A stretch of 64,000 nucleotides of DNA from the NCBI GenBank assembly GCA_938042195.1, contig CALIRQ010000009.1, positions 72,262 to 136,261 on the forward strand, in the 5' to 3' direction. The DNA comes from an uncultured archaeon. Lineage in GTDB: Archaea > Thermoproteota > Bathyarchaeia > 40CM-2-53-6 > CALIRQ01. Below the pieces are notes generated by a model. The model saw nothing but the letters and a program-made list of their open reading frames with translations. It searched no databases and was not told the DNA's origin. The translations under genes were made by a program, and so were the position numbers. Below are positions 63,727 through 64,000 of this stretch, one piece after another (the first letter of the stretch is position 1; each line of letters starts with the position of its first letter).

Positions 63727-63954
63727 ATGAGGAAGGAGGAGCTGCTGATATTGACCATTTTGCTTTTTGCCATGCTGGTCCTATCGGGCACCATACCGAT
63801 CGGTCCCGCGGCTCCGAGGCCGCAGCAAACGATCATCCCGGCCCAGACCGCCGTGATGACCGTCACCCCCGTGACGGCAATCCTCCCGATCAACTCCACG
63901 GCCGTCCCAGAGATAAGGAGCACCCCGGCCCCTCCCTCGACCCTAAGCGGCTGA
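63727..63954 (+). CDS. Possible small secreted/TM protein (weak)
   Basis: 75 aa with an N-terminal hydrophobic helix followed by a Pro/Thr-rich tail. It competes with an antisense ORF, so support is low. Confidence 0.2.
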   Translation: MRKEELLILTILLFAMLVLSGTIPIGPAAPRPQQTIIPAQTAVMTVTPVTAILPINSTAVPEIRSTPAPPSTLSG

Positions 63955-64000
63955 GGGTTGGGGGCCCAGCCCAATGGGCCGCTAATTAATGCGTAGCCTC

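Noticed and set aside
63522-63989. 155-aa plus-strand ORF at the window end
   Set aside because: Its 5' part overlaps tRNA-Ala and is His/Arg/Asp-rich with non-protein-like composition.

Overview
The window is a 64-kb, GC-rich (~60%) stretch of an archaeal chromosome, most likely from the Thermoproteota/Crenarchaeota lineage. Support for that placement is a TATA-binding protein, an MCM-Gins23 operon, a class-I archaeal CCA-adding enzyme, SRP19, ribosomal protein S8e, an SMC-ScpA-ScpB operon, and tRNA genes carrying introns, including a probable tRNA with two non-canonical introns. Most of the window is core genome: pstSCA-phoU phosphate uptake, HypF, an Lhr-like helicase, TBP, signal peptidase, a chromosome-condensation operon, UppS, MTAP, PRPP synthase, a tRNA-processing cluster, and a DNA-replication cluster. 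The tRNA-processing cluster comprises RNase Z, a Trm11-like methyltransferase, a 2H phosphoesterase, the CCA enzyme, UPF0200/UPF0201 and a small kinase. The replication cluster comprises Hel308, MCM, GINS, RFC small and large subunits, and Orc1/Cdc6, flanked by MoaB/MoaC/MobB and GdhA. The best candidate for something new lies at about 57.9-58.75 kb. It is a low-GC island (about 38-40% GC against about 60% background) carrying a two-piece, frameshifted ORF with an Rx4H HEPN-like motif. Immediately after it sit an AT-rich leader-like segment, two identical 24-bp direct repeats separated by a 38-bp spacer, and a perfect 16-bp palindrome. That is a minimal CRISPR-like or CreA-like repeat-spacer-repeat unit with no cas genes in view. 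Beyond it lies about 1.5 kb of GC-rich DNA with no convincing gene, and then an intron-containing tRNA-Gly. A second region of interest, at about 16.8-25.7 kb, is an accessory-looking metabolic cluster. It holds two divergently transcribed V4R-like proteins, a GH3-family adenylating amido-synthetase homolog (rare in archaea), a PflX-type radical-SAM activase with no glycyl-radical partner, a Na+/solute symporter, a PaaK-type aryl-CoA ligase and an ACT protein. Several structured intergenic regions are flagged as candidate ncRNAs: 57.39-57.72 kb with an SRP-RNA-like CCGGAAGG motif, 50.17-50.62 kb with palindromes and GAAATC repeats, and 43.59-43.82 kb. All calls rest on reading the translated ORFs and the nucleotide sequence by eye. 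No database search was run.
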